From an uncultured Trueperaceae bacterium (lineage in GTDB: Bacteria > Deinococcota > Deinococci > Deinococcales > Trueperaceae): a stretch of DNA of 64,000 nt. The translations under genes were made by a program, and so were the position numbers. The DNA lies in NCBI GenBank assembly GCA_963799485.1, contig CAWCXJ010000006.1, positions 160,001 through 224,000 of the forward strand, written 5' to 3'. Of the stretch, positions 40,285-49,952 are shown in pieces (within the stretch, counting starts at the first letter, position 1; each line of letters opens with the position of its first letter). The notes under the pieces are model-generated. The model did no database searches, was not told the origin of the DNA, and saw only the letters and a list, made by a program, of their open reading frames with translations.

Positions 40285-40943
40285 GACTCGGTGTGTAAGC
40301 TGGCGGTCGTACTGCTCCGGAGCTGGTCTCGCATCCGGCGCTGCGCTGCCCCGAAACGCTCAACCAAGGAGGGGGCCTCGAGCAGCGCCTGCCGCTCACT
40401 TGCCGGAAGTCTCAGGTTGGCGCAGATAAATGACGCCTGAAAGAGCAGGTCGTCGGGTAGCGCCTCTTCAAGTTGCGCCTGCGCGCTCTCGGCGAAAAAG
40501 GTCTGGGCGTACTCGCGAAAAATCTCTACCGCGTCCCACGCTGCGAGCCGTTCGCTGTTCGGGTCGCTGCGTGATAGCGGGTAGGGCAAGTCCTCGGTGT
40601 AGTGAAGCTGACTGGTGCTGCCGTCCGGAGCGGTGACGTCTTCACTGTGCCCCGGCCTGATATAGCAGCGTTCTTGCCCGTGCGTCAAGACGTTAAAGGT
40701 ACCGTCGGCATTTTCCATCACCGACAAGATATCGACGAACGACCCTACCTTGGCAATCCCCCGCAACTCGGGTACGTCGCTGATCTGCGCCTCCGGCCCC
40801 GCCAACACGAGCGCGACGCGGCGCTGGTTTTCCGCTACGCAGTCCCGGATCATTTTACGGTAGCGCTCTTCGAAAATAAATAGCGGCAGCGTCATCCCCG
40901 GGAACACGACGAGTTCGGGAAGCGGAAAGAGCGGGATAACCAT
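40281..40943 (-). CDS. LON substrate-binding domain protein
   Basis: IPLFPLPELVVFPGMTLPLFIFEERYRKM; RQALLE. Confidence 0.88.
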   Translation of the reverse strand: MVIPLFPLPELVVFPGMTLPLFIFEERYRKMIRDCVAENQRRVALVLAGPEAQISDVPELRGIAKVGSFVDILSVMENADGTFNVLTHGQERCYIRPGHSEDVTAPDGSTSQLHYTEDLPYPLSRSDPNSERLAAWDAVEIFREYAQTFFAESAQAQLEEALPDDLLFQASFICANLRLPASERQALLEAPSLVERFGAAQRRMRDQLRSSTTASLHTES

Positions 40944-41019
40944 ACGCTACGGTAACAGGAGAAGCGCCGGGAGAGTAGGAGTTATGACCGCTTTTGAAAG
41001 GAGAAATATCCGAGACCTT

Positions 41020-41045
41020 AAAAAACCGGGCGTAAACCCGGTTCT
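41020..41045 (-). terminator. Terminator after tRNA-Asp
   Basis: AACCGGG/CCCGGTT stem followed by a T-run on the minus strand. Confidence 0.75.
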
Positions 41046-41121
41046 TGGCGGAGCCGACGGGATTTGAACCCGCGACCTTCTGCGTGACAGGCAGATATGC
41101 TAACCCCTACACTACGGCTCC
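41046..41121 (-). tRNA. tRNA-Asp(GTC)
   Basis: GGAGCCG acceptor stem, anticodon loop CTGTCAC, GGTTCAAATCC T-arm, encoded CCA. Confidence 0.97.
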
Positions 41122-41134
41122 ACGCCCGGGTTTG

Positions 41135-41163
41135 AGGATACCTATTTGCTTATGGGGTGTCAA
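41135..41163 (-). promoter_or_regulatory. Sigma70-type promoter of tRNA-Asp
   Basis: TTGACA-17 bp-TATCCT on the minus strand. Confidence 0.8.
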
Positions 41164-41268
41164 GGGAAAAGCAACCGGGCAAAAGCCGAATACAAAAGCT
41201 GCCAAGAAGAATTCGGACGTTTTTATCCTCGCTGTCTACTCTTCTACCTCAATCAGCGCCAGGAAGCT

Positions 41269-43149
41269 TTAGTCCGACGCCTCGAGCAGCGCCTCTTGCA
41301 CCAATCCCAACCGCGCCAGCGTTTTCCGGATACCTTGTGGCCCGAACCCATACGCTTCGTGCTGCGCTACCGGGTCGCCGTGTGGCACGTGTTCGTCGGG
41401 GATACCGAGACGCACGAGGGACACACTCAGGCTTTTGTCCTGCAGCACTTCGGCGACAGCGGAGCCCAGGCCGCCCGTTATCACATGGTCTTCTACGGTG
41501 ATAAGCACCTCGGCTGCGCGTGCGAGACGCGTCAGCAGCTTTTCATCGAGCGGTTTGATAAAGCGGGCGTTGACGACGCCCACGTCGTCCAGACCTTGCG
41601 CGGCCTCGAGCGCGTATATGAGCGTCGGCCCCAAACCCAGGATGTAGGCGCGTTTGCCGGGTTTAATCATTTCCCAGCTGCCCCACTCGAGTTCAGGCCA
41701 GGTTTCTGCGCCGCCAGGAGGAGCCTCGAGGGTTTTGCCCCGGGGCCAGCGGAGCGCTTTGGGGCCACCTAAACGGAGCGCCGTTTTAAGCATTGCCTGC
41801 ATTTCGGCGGCGTCTTTGGGCATCGCCACCGACATGTTCGGCAAGGCCCGCAAGTAGGCGAGGTCGTACACGCCCTGGTGCGTTGCCCCGTCGCCACCCA
41901 CGAGACCGGCCCGGTCGACGGCAAAAATCACGTCCAAGTTTTCGATACACACGTCGTGAATCACCTGGTCGTAGCCACGCTGCAAAAAGGTGCTGTAGAT
42001 CGCCACCACAGGTTTTTCGCCGCGCAGGGCGAGGCCCGCCGCCGTCGTTACGGCGACGTCTTCGGCGATGCCTACGTCGAGATAGCGCGCCGGATGGACT
42101 TTGGAGTACTCGACCAAGCCGCTTCCTTCACGCATTGCCGGGGTGATAACCCAAACGCGGTCGTCAAAATCGGTCAGCTTGGTCGCGGCGTTGCCGAACG
42201 CGCTCGCCCAGGTATAGCCTTTGCCCGCGACGATGGGGTTGTCCGGGTCGAACTTCGACGCACCGTGCCAGTTGATCGGGTCGGATTCGGCAATTTTATA
42301 GCCTTTGCCCTTTTTGGTCACGATATGGAGCATCGTGGGGCCGTCGAGCTGTTGGACGTGCTCGAGGTAATAGAGCAGTTGGTCGATATCGTGACCGTCT
42401 ATCGGGCCGACGTAACGCACCCCCATCGCATGAAAAGGGTTGCTCGAGGCCGGGTCGAAAAACCGCCGGAGCGCCTTTTTGCTGCGGCTACCGAATTCGA
42501 CGAGCGGCTCCCAGATACGGGCGAGTGTCTCCTTACTCGTCGCTTCGGCCTTGTGCAGCCACGGCTTGACTTGCAGCGTCCGCATAAAGGCGTTGAGCCC
42601 ACCGACGTTTTCGCTGATCGACATCTCGTTGTCGTTTAGGATGATCGTCATCCTCGGTTTGACGTGACCGATTTGGTTGAGCGCGGCGAGCGCCATCCCG
42701 CCCGTCAGGGAGCCGTCGCCGATCACTGCCACGACGCTGTAAGGGTCGCTGCGAGCGTCACGGGCCAAGGCCATGCCGAACGCTGCGGCCAAGCTCGTAC
42801 TGGCGTGACCTACCGTGAGGGCGTCGTGGGGCGACTCCGAGGTCGTGGCGAACCCTGCCAGCCCGCCCGGTTGCCGAATCGTATCGATGCGGCCCTTGCG
42901 CCCGGTGATGATCTTGTGCCCGTAGGTCTGGTGGCCTACGTCCCAGACGATGCGGTCAGAAGCGGTGTTGTAAAGATAGTGCAGCGCCACGGTGAGTTCA
43001 ACTGCGCCGAGGCTCGAGGCCAAATGCCCGCCGCCGAGCGAACACACCCGGATGATTTCGCTCCGAAGCTCGTCGGCCAGCTCGTGAAGTTCGGGTTTTG
43101 AAAGCGCCGAAACGTCGTCGGTCGAGTTGACGCGTTCAAGTAGCGCCAT
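41269..43149 (-). CDS. dxs: 1-deoxy-D-xylulose-5-phosphate synthase
   Basis: GGHLASSLG, WDVGHQ, GDGSLTGG, NDNEMSIS, YSTFLQR, DGATHQG. Confidence 0.96.
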   Translation of the reverse strand: MALLERVNSTDDVSALSKPELHELADELRSEIIRVCSLGGGHLASSLGAVELTVALHYLYNTASDRIVWDVGHQTYGHKIITGRKGRIDTIRQPGGLAGFATTSESPHDALTVGHASTSLAAAFGMALARDARSDPYSVVAVIGDGSLTGGMALAALNQIGHVKPRMTIILNDNEMSISENVGGLNAFMRTLQVKPWLHKAEATSKETLARIWEPLVEFGSRSKKALRRFFDPASSNPFHAMGVRYVGPIDGHDIDQLLYYLEHVQQLDGPTMLHIVTKKGKGYKIAESDPINWHGASKFDPDNPIVAGKGYTWASAFGNAATKLTDFDDRVWVITPAMREGSGLVEYSKVHPARYLDVGIAEDVAVTTAAGLALRGEKPVVAIYSTFLQRGYDQVIHDVCIENLDVIFAVDRAGLVGGDGATHQGVYDLAYLRALPNMSVAMPKDAAEMQAMLKTALRLGGPKALRWPRGKTLEAPPGGAETWPELEWGSWEMIKPGKRAYILGLGPTLIYALEAAQGLDDVGVVNARFIKPLDEKLLTRLARAAEVLITVEDHVITGGLGSAVAEVLQDKSLSVSLVRLGIPDEHVPHGDPVAQHEAYGFGPQGIRKTLARLGLVQEALLEASD

Positions 43150-43391
43150 CTCGAGCACCTCCTCGCTGCACAAGGACAAAGCAGACAAAAGCGCAGGCCG
43201 AACAGACGTGAGACGGGCTTGACATGAGCTAGTCTACCAAGCTACCCGGAACTGCTTTGTATGACGGCTGTCGGTTAAGTGCGCGCCACCACCCGTAAAA
43301 ACCACTCCCGGTGGTACCCAAAACACGGTTGATCGGGCGGCCCTTTTCGTCGACGTAATACGGCCTCCGGTAAATCCAGGTGTTTACGGAG

Positions 43392-43558
43392 TGTGACGGG
43401 GTAAGTTATTTGGACTCACCCCCGAAGGCGACACTACGGGACAGCTACTTTGAGGTAGCGCCCGCACGACAGCGGCAGTTCGTAGGACGCTCCAGTGTAG
43501 TCAAGAAAGCCTGCGCGAACTGTCGGAACGCCGCGGGCCAAATCCAAAGACGGTGGCG
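43392..43558 (+). mobile_element. IS481-family left-end/transposase N-terminal remnant
   Basis: Begins TGT; translates GQLL*GSARTTAAVRRTLQCSQESLRELSERRGPNPKTVA, like IS481 N-termini; internal stop. Confidence 0.7.
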
Positions 43559-43595
43559 ACCCGGGATGTATTACTGCCGTGGTGATGTGGTCGGC

Positions 43596-45956
43596 TCAGT
43601 GACCACCGAAACGCCGCACCGCCAGTTCCGCGACAAACACGCCCAACCCGGCAAGCGCAAACCACATCCATACGGCGCTCCGCTCTCTGGGTAACTCGGG
43701 CGCATACGTCCCCGCATCTTCGATAACCCGACCGCCGGTGCGCGCGGCAATCTCACGCAAGAGCGTCTGCCCCCCGGCGGTATCGAACTCGTTGTCGGGG
43801 GCGCTTACCTGCGTTCGGGCGACTACCGTGTCGCCCCTGGAAACGCTCAAGCTCCCGCCGGCCTGGACGCTCGGCAATTCCCCTTCGTAACGTCCGGGCG
43901 CGACCTGCTCGAGCCCTACCGCTTCACCCCCGTAACGAGCGGTAAGGGTTTCGCCGTTGATAAATTCACCGCCTGCAACCGCGTCGAGGACGACGCGAAG
44001 ATTGTCGCCGCCCGGCGTCGCGGTGACCTCGTAGGTTTCGGGCCGAACCTGCAACCAGCGCGTTATCGTCCCGAGAATGCCGGGGAGCGCGGCCCAACCG
44101 CCGAAATCGCCGGCAAAGGCGTTGAGGTCGGTGGTCAGGGCGGCGCTGCGGCCCAAACCCTGACGGCTGACCGCCAACACGGGTTCGTTGTCTTCGCCCT
44201 CGAAGATAAGGTCGCTGCCGTTTTTTAGGGTCGTGGCGATGTAGGCTCCGACCCGAGGCGGGGTAAGACCCGCCGGGGTCAACGGGTTGGCCTGCACGCG
44301 CACGGGCAGGGGGCCGTTCCGTAAAAGCGAACGGGTCGCGGTCAGCGCCTCGCTGGTAAAGATGCGCGGCAAGGTGCTGACGTCCAGCGCTTCGTAGTAG
44401 CGCCCGCCCCCGGCCCTGGCAATGTCTGCCAGTCTTGCGGTGTCGGCCTCTGCGCCGATAGCGATGCTCGAGGTGGTAATCTTGTCGCGCTGACCCGCGC
44501 GTGCGAGCGCCCTGAAATCGAAGTCGTTGCCGCTAAAGGGGCCGCCCCCGTCCGAGAGGCGTCCGTCGGTCAAGAGGATAATATGTTTAATCGACGCGCG
44601 GCTCTGCCGCAAACTCTCTAGTCCGGCGCGGTAGGCGGGCTCGAGTAGCGTACCGCCGCCCGCCTGCACGTCCAGGATGGCCTGCAACATCTCACGTTTG
44701 CCTTGGGCAGTTGCAGTGCGGAGCTTAAAGACCCATTCGTCGGAGTCGCTAAAGGTTAAAAAACCAAGCTGGTCGCGTTCATACGCGAGGTCGACGACCT
44801 CGATGGCCCCTTCTTTGGCGAGCTCGAGCTTCGTCGGGTTGCCCGTAGACATCGACTGCGAACGGTCCATGATGATGACGAGCGCGACGAGCGGCAGTTC
44901 GACGTTACTCCGCACATCGGTCGCGACCGGCAGGACCGTTTCGACGGGTGTGCGGTACCAGCCGCCGAGCCCGAAACTCGCCGGGCCGCCCGCCATCATC
45001 AGGCCGCCGCCCTCTTCGACGTAGCTCCGCAGCAGCTCGAGCTGCCCGGTCGAAAACGCCGCGGCCCCTTCGCGCAACACGATAGCGCTGTAGGCGAGCG
45101 GCGCGCGGATACGTTCCGGCCCACCCCGGACGACGCGGAACCCTTGGGTCTCCAAAAGGTTGGCCAAGGCCGGGTCGCCCAACACGAGCACGGGTTCGTC
45201 TTGCGTCACGTCGATTTCGGCGCGGGCCGAGTCGTCTTGGAGGGGTTGGCTAAAGGGCAGCTCGAGCGACGCCTCGACGTCGAGCACGCCGCCGTCCGTC
45301 CCGGCTGCCGACACGGTAAAACGCAGCGGCGTTTGGCCCGCCGAGACCTGCCGGGTGATGGGCTCGAGCTCGGCGCCGCCGACCCGGGGGCGCAGCGTCA
45401 GGGTGGTGTCACGGTCGCTTTCGACGACGGCGACGACCTCGGCGCGGGCACCCGGCGCGAGCCGCGCGGGGGCTAGGAGTTCACGCAGCCGCACGTTGCC
45501 GAGGCTGGGGGCGTAGAGGACGTCAACGGGAACCTCGGGAAGTGAGGCGAGCGCGTCACCCTGCGACTCGGCTCCGTCACTGACAAGGAGCAAGCGCCCT
45601 GCGCCCGAAGCGGCGGCGACCTGAAGCGCCCGCCCGATGTCGGTGCGTTCTGGTTCTAGCTGGGGCGTGTTTTCAGGTCGTCCCCCTACTGCAGCTGTGT
45701 CCCCAGCAAACTCAAGGGTCGTTTCGCCGGCGAGAGGTGCAGCCGCGTCCTTGGCGGCGTCGCCGACGCTCTCCGACACATCGACCAGCACGCCCAGCGT
45801 CGCAGTTTTAGCCGGCAGCGAGGGTTGAGCGAGCGCAATAAGTAGCAGCGCAAGTGCAACGAGCCGCAGCAGCCACGGGCCGAACCGGGTACGACCGGGT
45901 AAAAAGGGCAGCAGCAGCAGGCCCAAAAGCACCCACGGCGCAGCGAAGATGTTCAT
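43596..45956 (-). CDS. Membrane-anchored VWA domain protein with glutamine-amidotransferase-like domain
   Basis: DVSES and DRSQS MIDAS motifs, LLTDG, GGGLMMAGG; N- and C-terminal TM segments. Confidence 0.85.
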   Translation of the reverse strand: MNIFAAPWVLLGLLLLPFLPGRTRFGPWLLRLVALALLLIALAQPSLPAKTATLGVLVDVSESVGDAAKDAAAPLAGETTLEFAGDTAAVGGRPENTPQLEPERTDIGRALQVAAASGAGRLLLVSDGAESQGDALASLPEVPVDVLYAPSLGNVRLRELLAPARLAPGARAEVVAVVESDRDTTLTLRPRVGGAELEPITRQVSAGQTPLRFTVSAAGTDGGVLDVEASLELPFSQPLQDDSARAEIDVTQDEPVLVLGDPALANLLETQGFRVVRGGPERIRAPLAYSAIVLREGAAAFSTGQLELLRSYVEEGGGLMMAGGPASFGLGGWYRTPVETVLPVATDVRSNVELPLVALVIIMDRSQSMSTGNPTKLELAKEGAIEVVDLAYERDQLGFLTFSDSDEWVFKLRTATAQGKREMLQAILDVQAGGGTLLEPAYRAGLESLRQSRASIKHIILLTDGRLSDGGGPFSGNDFDFRALARAGQRDKITTSSIAIGAEADTARLADIARAGGGRYYEALDVSTLPRIFTSEALTATRSLLRNGPLPVRVQANPLTPAGLTPPRVGAYIATTLKNGSDLIFEGEDNEPVLAVSRQGLGRSAALTTDLNAFAGDFGGWAALPGILGTITRWLQVRPETYEVTATPGGDNLRVVLDAVAGGEFINGETLTARYGGEAVGLEQVAPGRYEGELPSVQAGGSLSVSRGDTVVARTQVSAPDNEFDTAGGQTLLREIAARTGGRVIEDAGTYAPELPRERSAVWMWFALAGLGVFVAELAVRRFGGH

Positions 45957-46103
45957 TCCCTATCATACTGCGGGTTTGCACAGGCGGTTTGTCGTCAGCC
46001 GTCTCGAAGCGCCCTCGAGGTTACGCTCGGGTATTTTGCAACCAGTGCCTCGCGGCGCGACGTTTGCAGGTTCGTTGCTGAAAGCGAAACCTGAACGTGC
46101 GCG

Positions 46104-47072
46104 CTAATGGCGTTCCTCACTCCGGTCGGTGGCGACTGCGACTGCCGGAGAGAGCGCCGTAATCTCCGCGCGCATTTCCGGCGTCACCACAAAAGTTGCC
46201 GCTGCCAGTGAAGGCTTAAGCTGCTCGACGTTTCTTGCGCCGATGATGGGCGCAGTTACCGCCGGATGCGACCCGGCCCACGCGACCGCCAGCGTCGCCG
46301 GGTGAATATCATGCTCACGGGCGTACTGCACAAACCGCGCCGCCGTCTCCTGGTGCTGGGGTTCGCCGTAACGCGCGGTGTACATCTTGTTGTCGATCAG
46401 GCGGCCCTGCGTCGGCTGGCTTTCCGTGTACTTGCCCGTCAGCAACCCGCCCCCGAGCGGGCTGTAGGGGATGACGCCGAGTTTTTCGGACATGGCCAGC
46501 GGCAAGATTTCAACTTCGGCCTGGCGTTTGGTGAGGTTGTACATCGGCTGAATCAGCTCGAAACGCGCGAGGTGTTCGGCGGCAGCGGTGCCGAGCGCTT
46601 TCATAATCTGCCACGCCGCCCAGTTGCTCACCGCCGGGTAGAGGATAAGGCCGCGCTGGACGAGGCTGTCCAGGGTGCGGAGTGTCTCCTCGATGGGCGT
46701 GTCGGGGTCGAACTGGTGAACGAAGTAGAACTCGAGCCTGTCCGTCCCCAGCCGTTTCAAAGAGGCTTCGACGGCGCGGGTCAGGTGACGGCGTGAGAGC
46801 CCCCCGTCGTTGACGCCGTCACCCGTCTTGCCGAAACCCTTGCTCGTGATGATGAGGTCATCGCGCTCGTCCCGGATGAGCCGCCCTAAAATCTCTTCGG
46901 AGCGGCCCCCTGCATAGACGTTGGCGCAGTCGAAAAAGTTGATGCCGGCTTCTCTGGTTGTTTTGTACAACTTTGCCGATTCGTTTTCGTCGGCAGTGTC
47001 GCCAAACGACATCGTGCCGAAGCAGAGTGGGGCGACCTTGACGCCGGTTTTCCCTACGGTGCGGTAGTTCAT
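46104..47072 (-). CDS. Aldo/keto reductase
   Basis: FGTMSFG, FFDCANVY, SLKRLGTD, YSPLGGGLLTGKY. Confidence 0.92.
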   Translation of the reverse strand: MNYRTVGKTGVKVAPLCFGTMSFGDTADENESAKLYKTTREAGINFFDCANVYAGGRSEEILGRLIRDERDDLIITSKGFGKTGDGVNDGGLSRRHLTRAVEASLKRLGTDRLEFYFVHQFDPDTPIEETLRTLDSLVQRGLILYPAVSNWAAWQIMKALGTAAAEHLARFELIQPMYNLTKRQAEVEILPLAMSEKLGVIPYSPLGGGLLTGKYTESQPTQGRLIDNKMYTARYGEPQHQETAARFVQYAREHDIHPATLAVAWAGSHPAVTAPIIGARNVEQLKPSLAAATFVVTPEMRAEITALSPAVAVATDRSEERH

Positions 47073-47081
47073 CTCAACTCC

Positions 47082-48599
47082 TTAGTGTTCGATAAGTGAG
47101 GTCCGGGTCATCTCCGGCGGCGCTTTGACGCCGAGCAGTTCCAAAACGGTCGGCGCAACATCGCCTAAAATGCCGCCCGAACGCAGTTTCACGTCTCCCG
47201 CTCCGATCACGAGGCACGGTACCGGATTGGTCGTGTGCGCGGTGTGCGGCCCGCCGTCAGGAGCGATCATCACCTCGGCGTTGCCGTGGTCGGCAATGAC
47301 GATCAGTGCGCCGCCCTTTTCTTGTACCGCTGCCGAAAGCTTACCGAGTGCTTCGTCGGCAACCTCACACGCTTTGACGGCCGCCTCTAAAACACCCGTA
47401 TGCCCGACCATATCGGGATTGGCAAAATTGATCAGGATAAAGTCGTCGTTGTGCTCACGCAACCGTTCGAGCGTCGCTGCAGTCAACTCCGGCGCGCTCA
47501 TTTCGGGCTGGAGGTCGTAGGTGGCAACTTTGGGTGACGGGACGATTTCTCGGTCTTCGCCCGCAAACGGCGTTTCTATCTTGGCGTCGAAAAAGTACGT
47601 CACGTGCGGATACTTTTCGGTTTCGGCGGTGTGGTACTGCGTTTTACCGGCGTTGCTAAGCACTTCGGCAAGCGGGTGTTTAATTTCAGGCAGGGCCATG
47701 GCAAAAGGCACGTGCAACTTGGCGTCGTACTCCATCAGTGAGGCGTAGTGAATTTTGGGAACGTTGCAACGTTCAAACTGCGACCACGACGCGTCACCTA
47801 AAAGCGCGTAAGTGAGCTGCCGGGCACGGTCGGCGCGAAAGTTAAAGAACACTACCGCGTCGCCGTTACGCACCGGAGCGCCGCCGCCGATAACCGTAGG
47901 CGCGATAAACTCGTCGGTTTCGCCTCGGTCATAGGCAGCTTTTACGGCGGCAGTCGCTGTGTCCGCGTGTTGCTCGGACTTCGCGCAGACGATAGCGTCA
48001 TACGCGCGTTGCACCCGTTCCCAGCGGTTGTCGCGGTCCATCGCAAAGTAGCGGCCCGACACCGTAGCAATACGAACGTCATGGTCTAACGCACCGATTT
48101 TTGCCTGAAGCTGCTCGAGAAAGCCCAGCCCGCTGTCCGGCGCGGTGTCGCGTCCATCGGTAAAGACGTGAACGTAAACAGGTGCGGTGCCTTTACGTTT
48201 GGCGAGGTCTAAGAGCCCGAACAGATGCCGGATATCGCTGTGAACGCCGCCGTCGCTTACCAGACCCATGAGATGCAGTGCGCCGCCGGAGGCTGCGTCA
48301 TACGTTTCGTTCAAGACCGGGTTGTTAAAAAATGTGCCGTCGTCGATGGCGTCTTGAATAAAACTCAGGCTCTGTTTGACGATACGCCCCGCGCCCAGAT
48401 TGAGGTGCCCGACTTCGGAGTTCCCCATCTGCCCGTCCGGAAGCCCGACGGCGCGGCCCGAAGCCTGTAACTCGGTATGGGGCGCGGTCTGCCAGAGGTA
48501 GTCGAAGTTTGGCGTGTTAGCAAGGGCGACGGCGTTGCCGGGGCCGTCAGGGGCGAGGCCGAAACCGTCTAGAATCATAAGCATCACGGGGGTAGGCAT
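47082..48599 (-). CDS. gpmI: 2,3-bisphosphoglycerate-independent phosphoglycerate mutase
   Basis: ILDGFG, GQMGNSEVGH, SDGGVHS, ETEKYPHVT, NPDMVGHTG, ADHGNAE. Confidence 0.96.
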   Translation of the reverse strand: MPTPVMLMILDGFGLAPDGPGNAVALANTPNFDYLWQTAPHTELQASGRAVGLPDGQMGNSEVGHLNLGAGRIVKQSLSFIQDAIDDGTFFNNPVLNETYDAASGGALHLMGLVSDGGVHSDIRHLFGLLDLAKRKGTAPVYVHVFTDGRDTAPDSGLGFLEQLQAKIGALDHDVRIATVSGRYFAMDRDNRWERVQRAYDAIVCAKSEQHADTATAAVKAAYDRGETDEFIAPTVIGGGAPVRNGDAVVFFNFRADRARQLTYALLGDASWSQFERCNVPKIHYASLMEYDAKLHVPFAMALPEIKHPLAEVLSNAGKTQYHTAETEKYPHVTYFFDAKIETPFAGEDREIVPSPKVATYDLQPEMSAPELTAATLERLREHNDDFILINFANPDMVGHTGVLEAAVKACEVADEALGKLSAAVQEKGGALIVIADHGNAEVMIAPDGGPHTAHTTNPVPCLVIGAGDVKLRSGGILGDVAPTVLELLGVKAPPEMTRTSLIEH

Positions 48600-48616
48600 G
48601 GGGACTCCTCGAGTCG

Positions 48617-49066
48617 TTAGCGGGTACGAAAATTTTGCAGGGTAGCGAGTACGACAACTTCACCTTCGTGAAGGTAAAACTCGTCCAGCCTGAACCCTGA
48701 GACCTGTTCCTCGACAAGTTTTTGTATGTCCACGACGAGGCGCGGGGTGCTTTCGCCCTTTTCGATGCGGACACCCTCAGGGAGCGAAATGGCGTCGGTT
48801 AAAAAGTTGAGCAAGCGGTGGACGGGTAAGGACAAGACGTTGGTCACGAGATTGAAAGTGGCGACGCCCGCCGTAAACGTGAGAAAGTGAAGCTCGAGCC
48901 TCACCTTGGGCGCAGCGGCGCGTAAAAACCGGGGCAACACCGACTCGGACGTGATCTGCACGAAAACCGTGCTGCCCACGCAACTTACCTGCTCGATAGG
49001 CGCGGGTAAGGGTTTCTCGGCGGTAGCTAGCTCTAAGGCTTCGGGAAAAGGCAAAATCAGCTGCAC
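48617..49066 (-). CDS. Hypothetical protein
   Basis: Protein-like ORF; TAAACT -10 box 7 nt before GTG 49066. Confidence 0.65.
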   Translation of the reverse strand: MQLILPFPEALELATAEKPLPAPIEQVSCVGSTVFVQITSESVLPRFLRAAAPKVRLELHFLTFTAGVATFNLVTNVLSLPVHRLLNFLTDAISLPEGVRIEKGESTPRLVVDIQKLVEEQVSGFRLDEFYLHEGEVVVLATLQNFRTR

Positions 49067-49103
49067 AGTCTGCAGTTTACAACCTATAGTCGATAACCTA
49101 TAT

Positions 49104-49952
49104 CTAGTGCCAGCGGCCCAGTGCGCGGGCAATGCGGGCGTCTAGGTAGCTGAAATCGTCTTCGTTTACTTCGTTTAAGCGCTTGTCTAGAACGTGCGCC
49201 AGATAACAGCGGGCAGCGAACTCGAGGTGTGGTCTATACGCGGGGTCGGCTAAAACTTGTGGCAACAGCTCTTGCACTTTTTCGCTCAAGTACGCTTTGG
49301 CTTGAAATACGGCGACCGCCCGCTCTTCTTCGCTTAGAAGCGGCGTCGCTTGACCGGGGGCAACTGCCAGGATGCGGCGCGCCGTCCTGACTTTAGGAGA
49401 TTCGGCGTAACGCGCGCAGGTCACGCAGAGCCCGCGTGTCGGGGTCAGCCCGGCGCAAACGTCGCACGCCCACCAGCCTTCGGCCTCACGCGCGGCCCGC
49501 CATGAGAGCATCGCCTTGGCTGCGCCCATCGCACGCCGGGTCAGTTCGTCGGACAGTTCGGCCTGAGAGACGGCCCTAGACAGCTCGGCGAGCGCTTTGG
49601 GGTCGGGAGGTGCAGCCTTTTTCGGGGGGGGTGTTTCTTCCAGCAGCGGTCTCCGGCCCAACCGAAACCGCACGTCTTTTACGTCTCTCACGCCAAACTT
49701 AGCCGTGTAGACGTTGACGAATTTCTGCCGCTGAAACCCTAGATGCATCGCCGTTTCGGAGTCCTGCACCTCGACGACGAGCACACCGTCTTGCAGGGTT
49801 TTGGCCTCGGTAAACCCGGCGACCTTGGCCCCGACGACCTGCGGCCACAAGAGCACCGCTTCGGCGCGCTTCACGCCGCGTTTAAGGCCGCCCTTTTTGA
49901 ACACTTCGGCGAGCAGGTCGGAGACGTTCTGTGAGTGGTTACGGTTCCGCAC
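49104..49952 (-). CDS. DUF721/DciA family protein with C-terminal zinc finger
   Basis: WPQVVG...DGVLVVEV DUF721 pattern; CDVC...CVTC; overlaps the recF 3' end. Confidence 0.8.
   Translation of the reverse strand: MRNRNHSQNVSDLLAEVFKKGGLKRGVKRAEAVLLWPQVVGAKVAGFTEAKTLQDGVLVVEVQDSETAMHLGFQRQKFVNVYTAKFGVRDVKDVRFRLGRRPLLEETPPPKKAAPPDPKALAELSRAVSQAELSDELTRRAMGAAKAMLSWRAAREAEGWWACDVCAGLTPTRGLCVTCARYAESPKVRTARRILAVAPGQATPLLSEEERAVAVFQAKAYLSEKVQELLPQVLADPAYRPHLEFAARCYLAHVLDKRLNEVNEDDFSYLDARIARALGRWH

Noticed and set aside
41020..41121. tRNA-Asp as an integration site for an island
   Set aside because: No duplicated tRNA 3' end or integrase was seen; the flanks are core genes.
41045..41272. 75-aa ORF MAEPTGFEPATF...
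   Set aside because: Translation of the reverse complement of tRNA-Asp.
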